A stretch of 60,667 nucleotides of DNA, filler included. It is 7 parts of 7 records of this genome, joined end to end, with 100 filler letters (N's around TTAATTAATTAA, not from the genome) between each part and the next. Parts side by side here need not be neighbours in the genome. Positions count along the whole stretch, not along the records: positions 35,609 to 41,490 come from SRR31156797_29892; positions 41,591 to 52,562 come from SRR31156797_29907; 5 more parts are not named here. One strand, 5' to 3'. The notes below the pieces were generated by a model. The model saw only the letters and a program-made list of their open reading frames with translations. It searched no databases and was not told the DNA's origin. Below are positions 39,747-50,877 of the stretch, piece by piece (within the stretch, counting starts at the first letter, position 1; each line of letters starts with the position of its first letter). Made by a program: the position numbers and the translations under genes.

Positions 39747-40196
39747 CTACTTTTGTTTTTCTAATGTATATTTATGAGCTTCAATTTTATTACTATCTTC
39801 ATCAAATAATGTACAATAACCTTCTAGTTTTGAGTTATTACCATTACTTAATAAAGTAATACTACCACTATCAATATGATTATTATCCTTTTCAATATAA
39901 TAGTTTAATAATATGATATTAGCATCAATACGACCATTGAAATCATATTCTTGTCCTGATTCAGATTGTATCTTTCCATATATTATATTAGATTTTTGTT
40001 TTATTTCAACTATTTCATCATCATATATATCATCAGAATACCTACCAATCCATCTTCCATCAATCTTATCTTTTGAATAATAAAAGTTTTCTATAAATGG
40101 TTTAATTCTCATTAACCAACTTGATTTGAAAAATGCAACGAGAATAGTTGCTGTAATACTTGCAATAATTCCTAATATAAAATTTATGAAATCCAT
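39747..40196 (-). CDS. 1-TM beta-strand-rich hypothetical protein (Cap15/S-2TMbeta-barrel-like)
   Basis: N-terminal TM, IDGRWIG, IVEIKQ, GSITL.....LEGY; very AT-rich. Confidence 0.6.
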   Translation of the reverse strand: MDFINFILGIIASITATILVAFFKSSWLMRIKPFIENFYYSKDKIDGRWIGRYSDDIYDDEIVEIKQKSNIIYGKIQSESGQEYDFNGRIDANIILLNYYIEKDNNHIDSGSITLLSNGNNSKLEGYCTLFDEDSNKIEAHKYTLEKQK

Positions 40197-40220
40197 TTTA
40201 TCTCCAAAGCAAAGTATATT

Positions 40221-40249
40221 AAAAAGAGGCTGTTATAAACCTCTTTTTT

Positions 40250-40250
<1 letters not shown>
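40221..40250 (-). terminator. Intrinsic terminator after guaB
   Basis: AAAAAGAGG...CCTCTTTTT hairpin. Confidence 0.65.
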
Positions 40251-41490
<1,240 letters not shown>

Positions 41491-41590
41491 NNNNNNNNNN
41501 NNNNNNNNNNNNNNNNNNNNNNNNNNNNNNNNNNTTAATTAATTAANNNNNNNNNNNNNNNNNNNNNNNNNNNNNNNNNNNNNNNNNNNN
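41491..41590. other. Artificial contig spacer
   Basis: N run with TTAATTAATTAA. Confidence 0.99.
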
Positions 41591-41665
41591 GGAGAGTCCA
41601 GAGAACCTTTTTCAAAAGGTCTCTGGTCCCGCTGAAAGCGACCGCCGGCAGGCCCACCGGAGGCT
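41591..41665. repeat. Intergenic palindromic repeat at the contig start
   Basis: CCAGAGAACCTTTTT/AAAAGGTCTCTGG hairpin; the first 11 nt GGAGAGTCCAG recur as the last 11 nt of the contig (52552-52562). Confidence 0.6.
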
Positions 41666-41672
41666 CCCACTC

Positions 41673-42383
41673 CTAAACTCGTACATCCTCGACAATGCAC
41701 CCATCGTGTAACCGGATAACTCGTCCGGCTTCCTTGGCGACCTCTTCGTCGTGCGTTACCAGCACAATGGTTTGTCCGGCTTCATGTACAGAATGAAAAA
41801 GCTTCATGATCTCAGACGAAGTGGCGGAATCTAACTGCCCGGTCGGTTCGTCTGCGAGAATAATCTGCGGCTCGTTAAGTAACGCACGGGCCATAGCCAC
41901 TCGCTGCTGCTGCCCACCTGAAAGCCGTGACGGTTTGAAGTCCATTCGATCAGCCAACCCGACTTGCTCCATGAGCACTTCGGCCCGGGCAAGCAACTCG
42001 GCACGCGGCTTGCCAGAATACAATCCGGGCAGAATGACGTTCTCCAAGGCCGTGGCATAGGGAATGAGATAAAAGGATTGGAACACGAATCCAAGGGACA
42101 GGTTGCGCAGATCGGACTGGGCATCGTCATCAAGAGAGGCGGCGTCCCTGCCGAGAAGTCGATAAACGCCAGATGTCGGGCGGTCGAGCAACCCGATTAT
42201 ATGCAAAAGCGTGGACTTGCCGGAGCCGGACGTACCTTGCAGGGCAATGAATTCACCGGGGTCAACATCAAGCGTGATGGATTTGAGCACCTCAATCCCC
42301 GGCTCGACATCGCCGTTCTTTTTTTCTCCCTGCGTAAAAAAGGTCTTGTTGATGGCGTCAAGACTGATGGCCGAATGGGACAT
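41673..42383 (-). CDS. MacB/LolD-type ABC ATP-binding protein
   Basis: [30 protein letters not shown]. Confidence 0.93.
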   Translation of the reverse strand: MSHSAISLDAINKTFFTQGEKKNGDVEPGIEVLKSITLDVDPGEFIALQGTSGSGKSTLLHIIGLLDRPTSGVYRLLGRDAASLDDDAQSDLRNLSLGFVFQSFYLIPYATALENVILPGLYSGKPRAELLARAEVLMEQVGLADRMDFKPSRLSGGQQQRVAMARALLNEPQIILADEPTGQLDSATSSEIMKLFHSVHEAGQTIVLVTHDEEVAKEAGRVIRLHDGCIVEDVRV

Positions 42384-42385
42384 GC

Positions 42386-43474
42386 TTAAATCCCCTTTTT
42401 GCCGACCTTGGCACCGGGCAGGACAAGCTGGGTGGCAACGGTATCGCCTTCGGAAAGCCCGTCGAGCACTTCACTCGTTTTCAAACCGACCAGACCGAGC
42501 TTGGGAGAAACTTCTACAGGCTCGGACTTGGGATCATCCACACGAAAGCAGACCTGACGGTTCTTGACCCACTTGAGCGCGGTGTTGGGAACCGTCAAAA
42601 CATCTTTTTTTGTTTCCACGATGATTTTACACTGCGTGGTCATTTCCGGGCGCAACCACTTTGACTGCTCAGGGGAAACCTTCACGAGAGTCCTATAATA
42701 TACGATGTTATCCCGAACTTCCGGCTCGGGATAAATGCGGTCCACAGTTCCTTTGAAAACTTCGTTGCGAAAGGCGTCCACCGTGTAACGAACGGGTAAA
42801 CCGTCGGCCACGCGACCAACGTCGGTTTCATCTACATAAATCCACATTTCCAATTTGGTAGGATCAAGAACAGTAATCAAGTTGGACACGGACAGGCCGG
42901 ACACGATGGTCTCACCTTCCTGAGCCGCCACCTGACTGACAACGCCGTCGATAGGCGAATGAATCTTGGTGTAGGAAAGCTGAACTTCAAGAGTTCTGAG
43001 CTTGGCACGAGAAGAGGCCACACTGTGCCGAGCCATCTCTGCGTCCTGATAGGCGATATCCAGAGAGTCCTGCGCTTCAAGCTTCTGCTTCACCAAAGAA
43101 CGCTTTCTGGGCAGATTCTTCTGCATATATTCGAATTTGGCCTGTGACAAATTGAGATTGGCACGGGCTTCGGCAATACGGGAACGCAATTCGCGGGAAT
43201 CGATCTCAGCGATAAGATCACCTTTTTTGACATGATCACCGACTTTGACAGGGACAGAATCAAGCACACCGGTCGCCTGTGCACCAATCTTGACCTGTGC
43301 ACCCACCTGCGCCTTAACGATGCCGGTGGCTTCGAGAACCTTCGAGACATCGCCCCGTTGCACGGTGGATGTCTTGATGACCTTGATCTTGCCTTTGGAT
43401 TGACCTGCGTTGAAATACCAGACGCCCCCACCGGTCAAAAGGACGGCAATGAGAATGAATATGAACTTTTTCAT
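42386..43474 (-). CDS. MacA-like periplasmic adaptor (membrane fusion protein)
   Basis: N-terminal TM, VKVGD.VKKGDLIA, IHSPIDGVV, VDETDVG, LRPEMT. Confidence 0.92.
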   Translation of the reverse strand: MKKFIFILIAVLLTGGGVWYFNAGQSKGKIKVIKTSTVQRGDVSKVLEATGIVKAQVGAQVKIGAQATGVLDSVPVKVGDHVKKGDLIAEIDSRELRSRIAEARANLNLSQAKFEYMQKNLPRKRSLVKQKLEAQDSLDIAYQDAEMARHSVASSRAKLRTLEVQLSYTKIHSPIDGVVSQVAAQEGETIVSGLSVSNLITVLDPTKLEMWIYVDETDVGRVADGLPVRYTVDAFRNEVFKGTVDRIYPEPEVRDNIVYYRTLVKVSPEQSKWLRPEMTTQCKIIVETKKDVLTVPNTALKWVKNRQVCFRVDDPKSEPVEVSPKLGLVGLKTSEVLDGLSEGDTVATQLVLPGAKVGKKGI

Positions 43475-43956
43475 AATGTCCGCTTGTCTTTTTCCTGTTC
43501 TATCTGTTCGTGCAGCACATCGGCAAACCGAGACTCTCCCCATGACTTGCGCCGCATGAAAACATCACGAAACGTCACTTCCTTGAAAGAGTATCCACAG
43601 TCATCGCGCAACTGACCGCCGTGGTAATATAACGACTTGGTCGGGTAATTACTACATAAAGGAGGACGAGATTCATAATCAGTGCAAATATTGTCGGCGC
43701 CAAGCTTTAAACAATCAAAGACAAGGATACCAAATTCATCTTTTCTGACAATACGAAAACACTCATGCAACGGATCGGACTGACAGAGTGCACGAAACTG
43801 TTTCTTCGTTTTCAAAAACCGACCAGCGTCTCTGAGCAAAATACCCCGACAACACCGACCGCACATTTGGCACTGGCCCACGACTTCGACCTCACGCCTC
43901 AAAATAAAAGTTCTAAACCTTCGAAAAAAACCTATCATATATTTCGCTATCGCCAT
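43471..43956 (-). CDS. YkgJ-family CxxCxxCC protein
   Basis: CQMCGRCC, C..L...NIC.DYE.RP.LC..YP; ATGA-coupled to the adaptor gene. Confidence 0.85.
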   Translation of the reverse strand: MAIAKYMIGFFRRFRTFILRREVEVVGQCQMCGRCCRGILLRDAGRFLKTKKQFRALCQSDPLHECFRIVRKDEFGILVFDCLKLGADNICTDYESRPPLCSNYPTKSLYYHGGQLRDDCGYSFKEVTFRDVFMRRKSWGESRFADVLHEQIEQEKDKRTL

Positions 43957-44087
43957 CTGTAAACATCCAGTTCTTTCGTATGGAGAGACTCACCTCGCCG
44001 AAGCAAAGATATATTCGCCTTAAAATACGTCGATTTTTGCATGACTACCTTGACCTGTCCCCGCAATGTGCCTACTTGTGAAGCATT

Positions 44088-45161
44088 ATGAATTGGGATT
44101 GGGAAAAATTACAAAAGCAGCAACAGGGGCGCCCTGGCGGCAAGCCGCCGAACTTTGATGATTTTCAGGATCAACTTGATAAATTCAAAAAATTCAAGTT
44201 GCCCAGTTGGAAATTCATCATACCAATTTTTATCGTTCTCTGGATCGCCAGCGGTTTCTATATCGTAGAACCCGATGAAGTGGGCGTGGTAAAACAGTTT
44301 GGACAATTTAACCGCATCACAACTGCGGGTCCGAATTACCACATTCCATTTCCTGTGGAAAGCGTACTGACGCCCAAGGTGACCCAGATCCGACGCATTG
44401 AATTTGGTTTCCGCTCCGTGGGCACGGCGCGCAGCAACAACTTCCAACAAGGAGTCAGCCGCGAGGTCAAGGAAGAATCCCTGATGCTCACCGGTGACGA
44501 GAATATCGTATCCGTTCAGTTCATTGTTCAGTATATGATCAAGGACGCCGAGGAATACCTATTCAACGTCAACGACCCCGAAAAGACCCTGGCCCACGCA
44601 AGCGAAGCCGCCATGCGTGAGATTATCGGCAAAGGCAAAATCGATGATGCCCTGACCACGGGTAAACAGGAAATTCAAGCTGAAACACGCGTGTTGATGC
44701 AAAACATTCTGGACACGTACCAGACCGGTCTGTCCATCGTTGCCGTACAGATGCAGAACGTTCATCCGCCTGCAGAAGTTGTGGACGCATTCAAAGACGT
44801 AGCCAGTGCACGTGAGGATAAAAGCCGCTTCATCAACGAAGCCGAGGCATATCAGCGTGATATCCTGCCTAAAGCTCGAGGCGAAGCCGCGCATATAGTC
44901 AACGCTGCCCAAGCTTACAAGGAAGCCAAGATTCGCCAGTCTCAAGGTGACGCAGCTCGATTCATGTCAGTGCTGACCGAATACAATAAGGCCAAGGATA
45001 TTACCCGCAAACGTATGTATCTCGAAGCCGTGGAGTCTATCCTGGCCAACCCGGAAGTGGAAAAGTTGATCATGTCCAGCGAGGCACTCAAGCAATCCGT
45101 TCCCTACCTGCCCCTGGAGAAGCTGCCTAAAAAACAGGCCGCTCCCAAGGCACAGCAATAA
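44088..45161 (+). CDS. hflK: FtsH modulator HflK
   Basis: SPFH domain, MLTGDENIV, PP.EV.DAF.DV..A.ED, RKRMYLE. Confidence 0.95.
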   Translation: MNWDWEKLQKQQQGRPGGKPPNFDDFQDQLDKFKKFKLPSWKFIIPIFIVLWIASGFYIVEPDEVGVVKQFGQFNRITTAGPNYHIPFPVESVLTPKVTQIRRIEFGFRSVGTARSNNFQQGVSREVKEESLMLTGDENIVSVQFIVQYMIKDAEEYLFNVNDPEKTLAHASEAAMREIIGKGKIDDALTTGKQEIQAETRVLMQNILDTYQTGLSIVAVQMQNVHPPAEVVDAFKDVASAREDKSRFINEAEAYQRDILPKARGEAAHIVNAAQAYKEAKIRQSQGDAARFMSVLTEYNKAKDITRKRMYLEAVESILANPEVEKLIMSSEALKQSVPYLPLEKLPKKQAAPKAQQ

Positions 45162-45173
45162 GGCAGGTCCACC

Positions 45174-46025
45174 ATGAAAAAAACTACCATACTCTTTAGC
45201 ATATTGATTATTGTCGGCGCATTCGTGGTCACGTCAGCCGCTTTTACTGTTGACCAGACCCAATCCGCCATTGTTATTCAGCTCGGTCGCCCGGTTGGCG
45301 ATCAAGCGCTTGGCCCTGGGCTGCACTTCAAACTGCCCGTCGTCCAAAATGTGGTCTTCTTTGATGCCCGCATTCTGGACTTTGACGCCAGACCCGAAGA
45401 GATCACCACCACTGACAAGAAGTACATGAACGTGGACTCTTACACCAAGTGGCGCATCATCGACCCGTTGACCTTCTACACCAAGGTGCGCACCATTCAG
45501 GGCGCTCGGGCCAGATTGGACGACATCGTTCGTTCTCAGTTGCGCGTGGCTCTTGGTCGATACACTCTCATTGAGGTCGTATCCCACAAACGTCAGGAGA
45601 TCATGGCTGCCGTCACCAAGCGGTCCAAGGAATTACTTCTTCCCTACGGTATTGACGTGGTTGACGTACGCATCAAACGTACCGACCTTCCAGCGGAAAA
45701 CGCCCGTTCCATCTTCGGAAGGATGAAGGCTGAACGGGAGCGTCAAGCCAAACAATACAGATCGGAAGGTCGAGAGGCATCTGCCAGAATCAAGGCCACT
45801 GCCGACAAGGAAAGAACCATCATTCTGGCTGACGCGAACAAGCAGGCTGAAATTATTCGAGGCAAGGGCGAAGCACAGGCAACGAAGATTTACGCCGATG
45901 CTTTAAGCCAGTCTCCAGACTTTTATGAGTTCACCAGAAGCTTGGAAGCGTACCGAAAAGGATTTAATAAAAATTCTCGTTTTATAATGACACCGGAAAG
46001 TCCCTTCCTGAAGTACATGCAATAA
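45174..46025 (+). CDS. hflC: FtsH modulator HflC
   Basis: PGLHFKLP, DVRIKRTDLP, RMKAERER.A..YRSEG, FYEFTRSLEAY. Confidence 0.95.
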   Translation: MKKTTILFSILIIVGAFVVTSAAFTVDQTQSAIVIQLGRPVGDQALGPGLHFKLPVVQNVVFFDARILDFDARPEEITTTDKKYMNVDSYTKWRIIDPLTFYTKVRTIQGARARLDDIVRSQLRVALGRYTLIEVVSHKRQEIMAAVTKRSKELLLPYGIDVVDVRIKRTDLPAENARSIFGRMKAERERQAKQYRSEGREASARIKATADKERTIILADANKQAEIIRGKGEAQATKIYADALSQSPDFYEFTRSLEAYRKGFNKNSRFIMTPESPFLKYMQ

Positions 46026-46305
46026 CATACTGTTTTAGTCCACATTTTTGGGGAAATGATCATTCAAAAGTGATCGTTTCCCCTCTTTTTTGGCGCAAAA
46101 TCACCAAAATTCAAGACTTGACAAAACCGGGACTTTCTCCCAATCTCTGCACGTATTTTTTGATCAAAACAGCTAACATGCTGATTTAAATAAAAAATAT
46201 TTTTTTATGTCACCAGTAAGAATAATAGCACATTCTATTTCGTTGCGTATTGTAAACTAAACTGGTAGAAAAAACATCACTTAAACTTCACGAGAAGGAG
46301 CCTTT

Positions 46306-47028
46306 ATGCCGAAGAAGAAAAGGAGATGCGATGAGGCGCAGCTCAAATGGTTTGAAGAAGCGCTTGAAAGGATAAAAAAAGCCACTGGAGCTCGCACACA
46401 GGTGCAGCTGGCAGAAGTGCTTGACGTTCGTCAATCCAGCATCTCTGATGCCAAGCGCCGGTGTTCCATTCCGGCCGACTGGTTCCTCAAACTCTACCGC
46501 AGCCATGGGCTTGACCCGGACTGGTTGTCCGAAGGAGTAGAGCCTGTCTACATCAATGCAGACAAGGCCAAGGTCCCAGCTGACACCCTGCTTCGCGAAG
46601 CTCCAACGCCATATGGTCGCATGAACTCCAGAGGCCGTGTGGTTCCCGTATCCACCATGGCTGGCGCAGACAAAGAAGCCCCCGAGTGGGAACCGAAGTC
46701 CATCGAAGAATTGTCCGTACCTGAGTCTTACTGTCGCCCCAAACTCCTGGTGGTCAAGGTTGACTCGGCCAGCATGGAACCGGTCATTGCTCGCGGTGGC
46801 TTTGCCGGCATTGACCGTGATCAAAAAGAACATCCTGACGGCGACCTGTGTGCGGTCTACTTCCCTCATCAGGGATTGACCATCCGTCGCGTCTTCCATC
46901 AGGGAGATTCCTTCCTGCTCAAAGCAGATAATGAAAAATATTCCGATCTGACCATTCCGGCTTCCGAAATGAATGATCGCACTGTGGGCCGCGTCATATG
47001 GGTCCTTCAGAATCTCGCTCCCATGTAA
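46306..47028 (+). CDS. CI/LexA-like repressor (HTH + S24 peptidase-like domain)
   Basis: TQVQLAEVLDVRQSSISDAKRR HTH; MAG, DSASMEP, TIRRV. Confidence 0.88.
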   Translation: MPKKKRRCDEAQLKWFEEALERIKKATGARTQVQLAEVLDVRQSSISDAKRRCSIPADWFLKLYRSHGLDPDWLSEGVEPVYINADKAKVPADTLLREAPTPYGRMNSRGRVVPVSTMAGADKEAPEWEPKSIEELSVPESYCRPKLLVVKVDSASMEPVIARGGFAGIDRDQKEHPDGDLCAVYFPHQGLTIRRVFHQGDSFLLKADNEKYSDLTIPASEMNDRTVGRVIWVLQNLAPM

Positions 47029-47048
47029 GCGACGAGAAAATGTACTTC

Positions 47049-47082
47049 AAAGCCGACCAGGTTCTTCTGGTCGGCTTTTTTT
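47049..47082 (+). terminator. Intrinsic terminator
   Basis: AAAGCCGACCAG/CTGGTCGGCTTT stem plus T run. Confidence 0.85.
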
Positions 47083-47135
47083 ATTTTCGTTAAATAATCA
47101 TGGCTCCAAAAATCCGTTCATGTATACTGTAGGGT

Positions 47136-48443
47136 ATGCAAAGGAATCTTGATAAATCACCTTCTCACTTGGATACTCCAAAAGTCCTCTTGGTGGAAGA
47201 CAGTAAGTTCTTCGCTTCTATTGTGAGCAGAAGAATTAAAAACGAACTCGGCTTTCAGGTGGACTGGATGGAAACCTATGCCGAAGCCGCTGCCGCCATA
47301 GATTGTTGCAAAGATTCTTATATTGTAGCCCTTCTCGACCTCCATTTGCCAGATGCACCCAACGGTGAAATCATCCAGTACGCCACCAAGCAAGGCATAC
47401 CCGGCATTATCTTTACAGCCGGAATAGACAGTAATTTTCGTTCCAATCTGCTCACCTGGAATGTTGTGGATTATATCCTCAAGGATTCTGAATCCTGCGT
47501 GGACAATCTGATCGACGTCATCCGCCGTATCCACAAAAACAGTGACATCAAGGTCATGGTTGTGGATGACTCCCTGCCCATGCGCAATGCCATAATCCGC
47601 TTGCTCGAAACACAACGTTTTCAAGTGCTCGCGGCGGCCAATGGTGTCGAAGCATTGGATGTTCTGGCCGAGAATCCAGACATAAAACTCATGGTAACGG
47701 ATTACGACATGCCGGAAATGGATGGCTTTGAACTCATAGCGAAAGTACGAAAAAATCATTCCAAAAACGATCTAGCCATCATCGGCATGTCCGCCAGCGG
47801 CGATCCCCTGCTCTCTGCAAAACTTATCAAAAGCGGTGCGAATGACTTTGTTCCCAAACCTTTTCAGGTTGAAGAATTCCATTGCCGCGTTGGGCATTCC
47901 ATTGAGATGCTCGAGAACATCGCCCTTATCCAAGATCTTTCCTACAAGGACCCACTCACTCGACTACACAATCGACGCTATTTCTTTGAAAATGCCGACC
48001 AATTCGTTGAAAATGCACGGACTCAGGGGCAGACGATATCAATAGCCATGCTCGACATCGATTTCTTCAAAAAAGTCAACGACACATACGGGCATGACGG
48101 CGGCGATATCGTACTGAAAGACATATCAGCATTGATCCGATCTACGTTCTCGGGAAATGCCATTACCTGCCGTTTTGGGGGAGAAGAATTCTGCGTCCTG
48201 TTAGCCCATGAAGCAGGGACAAATGCCCTTGTCCAATTTGAAGAACTCAGGCAATCCATTGAGAGCACAGTTATTCAGATAGACGCACAGACTACTAAAA
48301 TCACCATTTCCACAGGCGTCTGCTCCGAATCCGAAACCGTGGAAGCCATGCTCAAAATCGCAGACAGTCGTTTGTACACAGCCAAAGAAACCGGACGCAA
48401 CCGAGTTATCGGCAAACCCCCGACTTCCAACGTACGCGATTAA
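47136..48443 (+). CDS. REC-REC-GGDEF diguanylate cyclase response regulator
   Basis: Two receiver domains (LDLHLPD, TDYDMPEMDG), DIDFFK.VND.YGH, RFGGEEF. Confidence 0.93.
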   Translation: MQRNLDKSPSHLDTPKVLLVEDSKFFASIVSRRIKNELGFQVDWMETYAEAAAAIDCCKDSYIVALLDLHLPDAPNGEIIQYATKQGIPGIIFTAGIDSNFRSNLLTWNVVDYILKDSESCVDNLIDVIRRIHKNSDIKVMVVDDSLPMRNAIIRLLETQRFQVLAAANGVEALDVLAENPDIKLMVTDYDMPEMDGFELIAKVRKNHSKNDLAIIGMSASGDPLLSAKLIKSGANDFVPKPFQVEEFHCRVGHSIEMLENIALIQDLSYKDPLTRLHNRRYFFENADQFVENARTQGQTISIAMLDIDFFKKVNDTYGHDGGDIVLKDISALIRSTFSGNAITCRFGGEEFCVLLAHEAGTNALVQFEELRQSIESTVIQIDAQTTKITISTGVCSESETVEAMLKIADSRLYTAKETGRNRVIGKPPTSNVRD

Positions 48444-48501
48444 CAATTCTTTAACAGACATCCACTTGACTCATCGGTTCGGCAACCATACTGTCCAGAC
48501 C

Positions 48502-49395
48502 ATGAGCTATACCAAAAAGAAAACCACCACGAATAAGGCCGCTCCCGTCTCGGCCCCTGTCATTCAGGGCATGAAGGGAGACAACAAAATATGCTGCATG
48601 ACCGCTTATGACTATTCATCCGGCATGATCGCGGACGCTGCAGGCATGGACCTTGTGCTCGTCGGAGACTCTTTGGCCATGGTCGTCCTTGGGCATGAAG
48701 ATACTCTCTCAGTGACCGTGGACGAAATGATTCATCATATCCGGGCCACCAGCCGTGGCGTAAAACACGCTCTGGTTGTTGGAGACATGCCGTTCATGTC
48801 TTACTGCACCGTAGAACGAGCCCTTGAAACCGGTGGTCGATTCATTGGTGAAGGACACGCCAAAGCCGTAAAGCTCGAAGGTGGAGCAAACGTATGCCCA
48901 CAAATCAAGGCGCTGACGGATGCAGGTATTCCAGTCATGGCCCATGTAGGGTTGACCCCGCAACACGTTGCCAAATTCGGTGGATTCAAGGCGCAAGGTA
49001 AATCGGCTGACGCCACCCGAACGCTCATTGAAGATGCACAGGCTGTGGAAGCTGCCGGAGCCTTCTGCGTGGTACTGGAAGCTATCCCTGTAGAAGCCGC
49101 CGAACTCATCACCGCAGCTGTTGATATCCCGACCATCGGTATCGGCGCAGGCAACGTCACTGACGGCCAGATTCTGGTATATCATGACACCCTCGGCCTC
49201 TTTGATCGGTTCACCCCTAAATTCGTTCGCCGTTTCGCAGAATTGGGTGAAGAATCTCGCACCGCCCTTGCTCGCTACTGCGATGATGTCCGCCGGGGCA
49301 CTTTCCCCGGTGACAAAAACACTTTCTACATGCCTGAAGACCAGCTGGCTCAGGTGCGCAAGATCAAGATCAAAAGTAAGCACAAGAAGAAATAG
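48502..49395 (+). CDS. panB: 3-methyl-2-oxobutanoate hydroxymethyltransferase
   Basis: TAYD, LVGDSL, DMPF, AVKLEGG, HVGLTPQ, IGIGAG..TDGQILV. Confidence 0.96.
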   Translation: MSYTKKKTTTNKAAPVSAPVIQGMKGDNKICCMTAYDYSSGMIADAAGMDLVLVGDSLAMVVLGHEDTLSVTVDEMIHHIRATSRGVKHALVVGDMPFMSYCTVERALETGGRFIGEGHAKAVKLEGGANVCPQIKALTDAGIPVMAHVGLTPQHVAKFGGFKAQGKSADATRTLIEDAQAVEAAGAFCVVLEAIPVEAAELITAAVDIPTIGIGAGNVTDGQILVYHDTLGLFDRFTPKFVRRFAELGEESRTALARYCDDVRRGTFPGDKNTFYMPEDQLAQVRKIKIKSKHKKK

Positions 49396-50367
49396 ATGGA
49401 ACTCGATCTCTCTTGGCCCGTTCTCTGGAACGGGCTTTTCTGGCCACTCATACGGTTGACCTTCTTCATCTCCGTAGGTTTACTCGTGGGCAATCTCATT
49501 GAGTCCCTCCAATGGACAAGATATGCAGCCAAACTCGCGGATCCACTCGCTCGACGGGCAAGACTGGGAGACATCTCCGCAGCCAGTTTTACCATGGCTT
49601 TTTTCTCCGGCATCACAGCCAACACCATGCTTTCAGAAGCCCATGAAAAAGGAAACATATCTGATAGGGAACTCATCCTTTCCAACCTTTTCAACTCACT
49701 GCCGACTTACTTCCTTCATCTGCCGACCATCTTCTTTATTGCCGCCCCATTTATTGGCTCAGCTGCTGCCGTATATGTGGGATTAACTGCATTTGCCGCT
49801 GTCCTGCGAACCATGGCAATTGTCTACTCCGGCAAATTCCTGCTCCCTCCTATTGATGAAGGATGCCTGCCATGCAGGCTGGACGAGATGGAGAAAAAAA
49901 GGGACACCAAATCCGCCCTGCAAAAGACCTGGGCGAGATTCAAGAAAAGACTGCCTAAAGTCCTGTATCTAACCTGCCCCATTTACACGCTGTTCTTTGT
50001 CTTCAAACAAATCGGCATGTTCGCATGGCTTCAGGATTTCATGTCGGGAAGCGCTTCATTCTTCACTTTTCTGCCGCCGGAAGCTCTCGGTATAGTGGTC
50101 TTTCACATGGCTGCCGAATTCACAGCCGGACTGGCTGCGGCCGGAGCCATGATCTCTGATACCAGCCTGACGCAGACACAAGTCATACTTGCCCTCATGC
50201 TCGGCAACGTACTTTCCTCGCCCATGAGGGCCTTCCGTCACCAGCTTCCTTACTATGCTGGCATCTTCAAACCACGCATGGCAGTCAAACTCATCCTCTA
50301 CAATCAGGTGACACGAGGCCTGACCATAGCCCTCGTCGGCACGGCTTACGCTCTGTTGATGACATAA
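49396..50367 (+). CDS. Nucleoside-recognition (Gate) domain membrane protein
   Basis: Multiple TMs, AFFSG.TANTML, two-repeat layout with a soluble linker. Confidence 0.75.
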   Translation: MELDLSWPVLWNGLFWPLIRLTFFISVGLLVGNLIESLQWTRYAAKLADPLARRARLGDISAASFTMAFFSGITANTMLSEAHEKGNISDRELILSNLFNSLPTYFLHLPTIFFIAAPFIGSAAAVYVGLTAFAAVLRTMAIVYSGKFLLPPIDEGCLPCRLDEMEKKRDTKSALQKTWARFKKRLPKVLYLTCPIYTLFFVFKQIGMFAWLQDFMSGSASFFTFLPPEALGIVVFHMAAEFTAGLAAAGAMISDTSLTQTQVILALMLGNVLSSPMRAFRHQLPYYAGIFKPRMAVKLILYNQVTRGLTIALVGTAYALLMT

Positions 50368-50392
50368 TTTTCCTCTTCCACGCCCTTCACAG

Positions 50393-50420
50393 CCCGACAG
50401 CATGACCCTGTCGGGTTTTT
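50393..50420 (+). terminator. Intrinsic terminator
   Basis: CCCGACAG/CTGTCGGG stem plus T run. Confidence 0.8.
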
Positions 50421-50455
50421 CTTTGTCTTATATTCTCAAACACAGCCCAATTTAA

Positions 50456-50589
50456 TGCACTGTGTGCACAATGTGCAAATGTGCACACTTGTTTTGTGCA
50501 ATCCACATCACTTTGCACAAGTGTTGCGCATGCAACTTTTTTTAACTTACTGATTTTTCAGCTATAATTGTTTTGGCACGACACATGCT
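50456..50589 (+). promoter_or_regulatory. Sigma54 promoter with enhancer palindromes and IHF site
   Basis: TGGCACG-N4-ATGCT at 50574-50589; IHF-like AATCAGTAAGTTA (minus strand, 50543-50555); inverted repeats GTGTGCACA-N9-TGTGCACAC and TTGTGCAA-N11-TTGCACAA. Confidence 0.8.
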
Positions 50590-50601
50590 TTAAGAGATCC
50601 C

Positions 50602-50793
50602 ATGATTGATGCAATCACTGTCACTCTCATCATCCTGACTGTCGCGTTGTTGCGGCGGTCCCTCCTCACCGACCCGGACGCCGACGCGGGCGTCCGGGAA
50701 GAGGAAGGAGACAAATACGGCATAAAGGCTCTTGTCCCGGTTCCTGTCAAGGCGAAAAGCCCCCATCCCGCCAGACGGATACGAACCAGATAG
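50602..50793 (+). CDS. Putative leaderless 63-aa single-TM protein
   Basis: ATG about 2 nt after the predicted sigma54 TSS; hydrophobic N-terminus. Confidence 0.45.
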   Translation: MIDAITVTLIILTVALLRRSLLTDPDADAGVREEEGDKYGIKALVPVPVKAKSPHPARRIRTR

Positions 50794-50877
50794 TAGGCCA
50801 TTAAGCATATACCATACCTCCTTGAAACTCTGTTTCAAACCTCAGCCCTCCTCAAAAAAAAGACCTCTAACCCCCCG

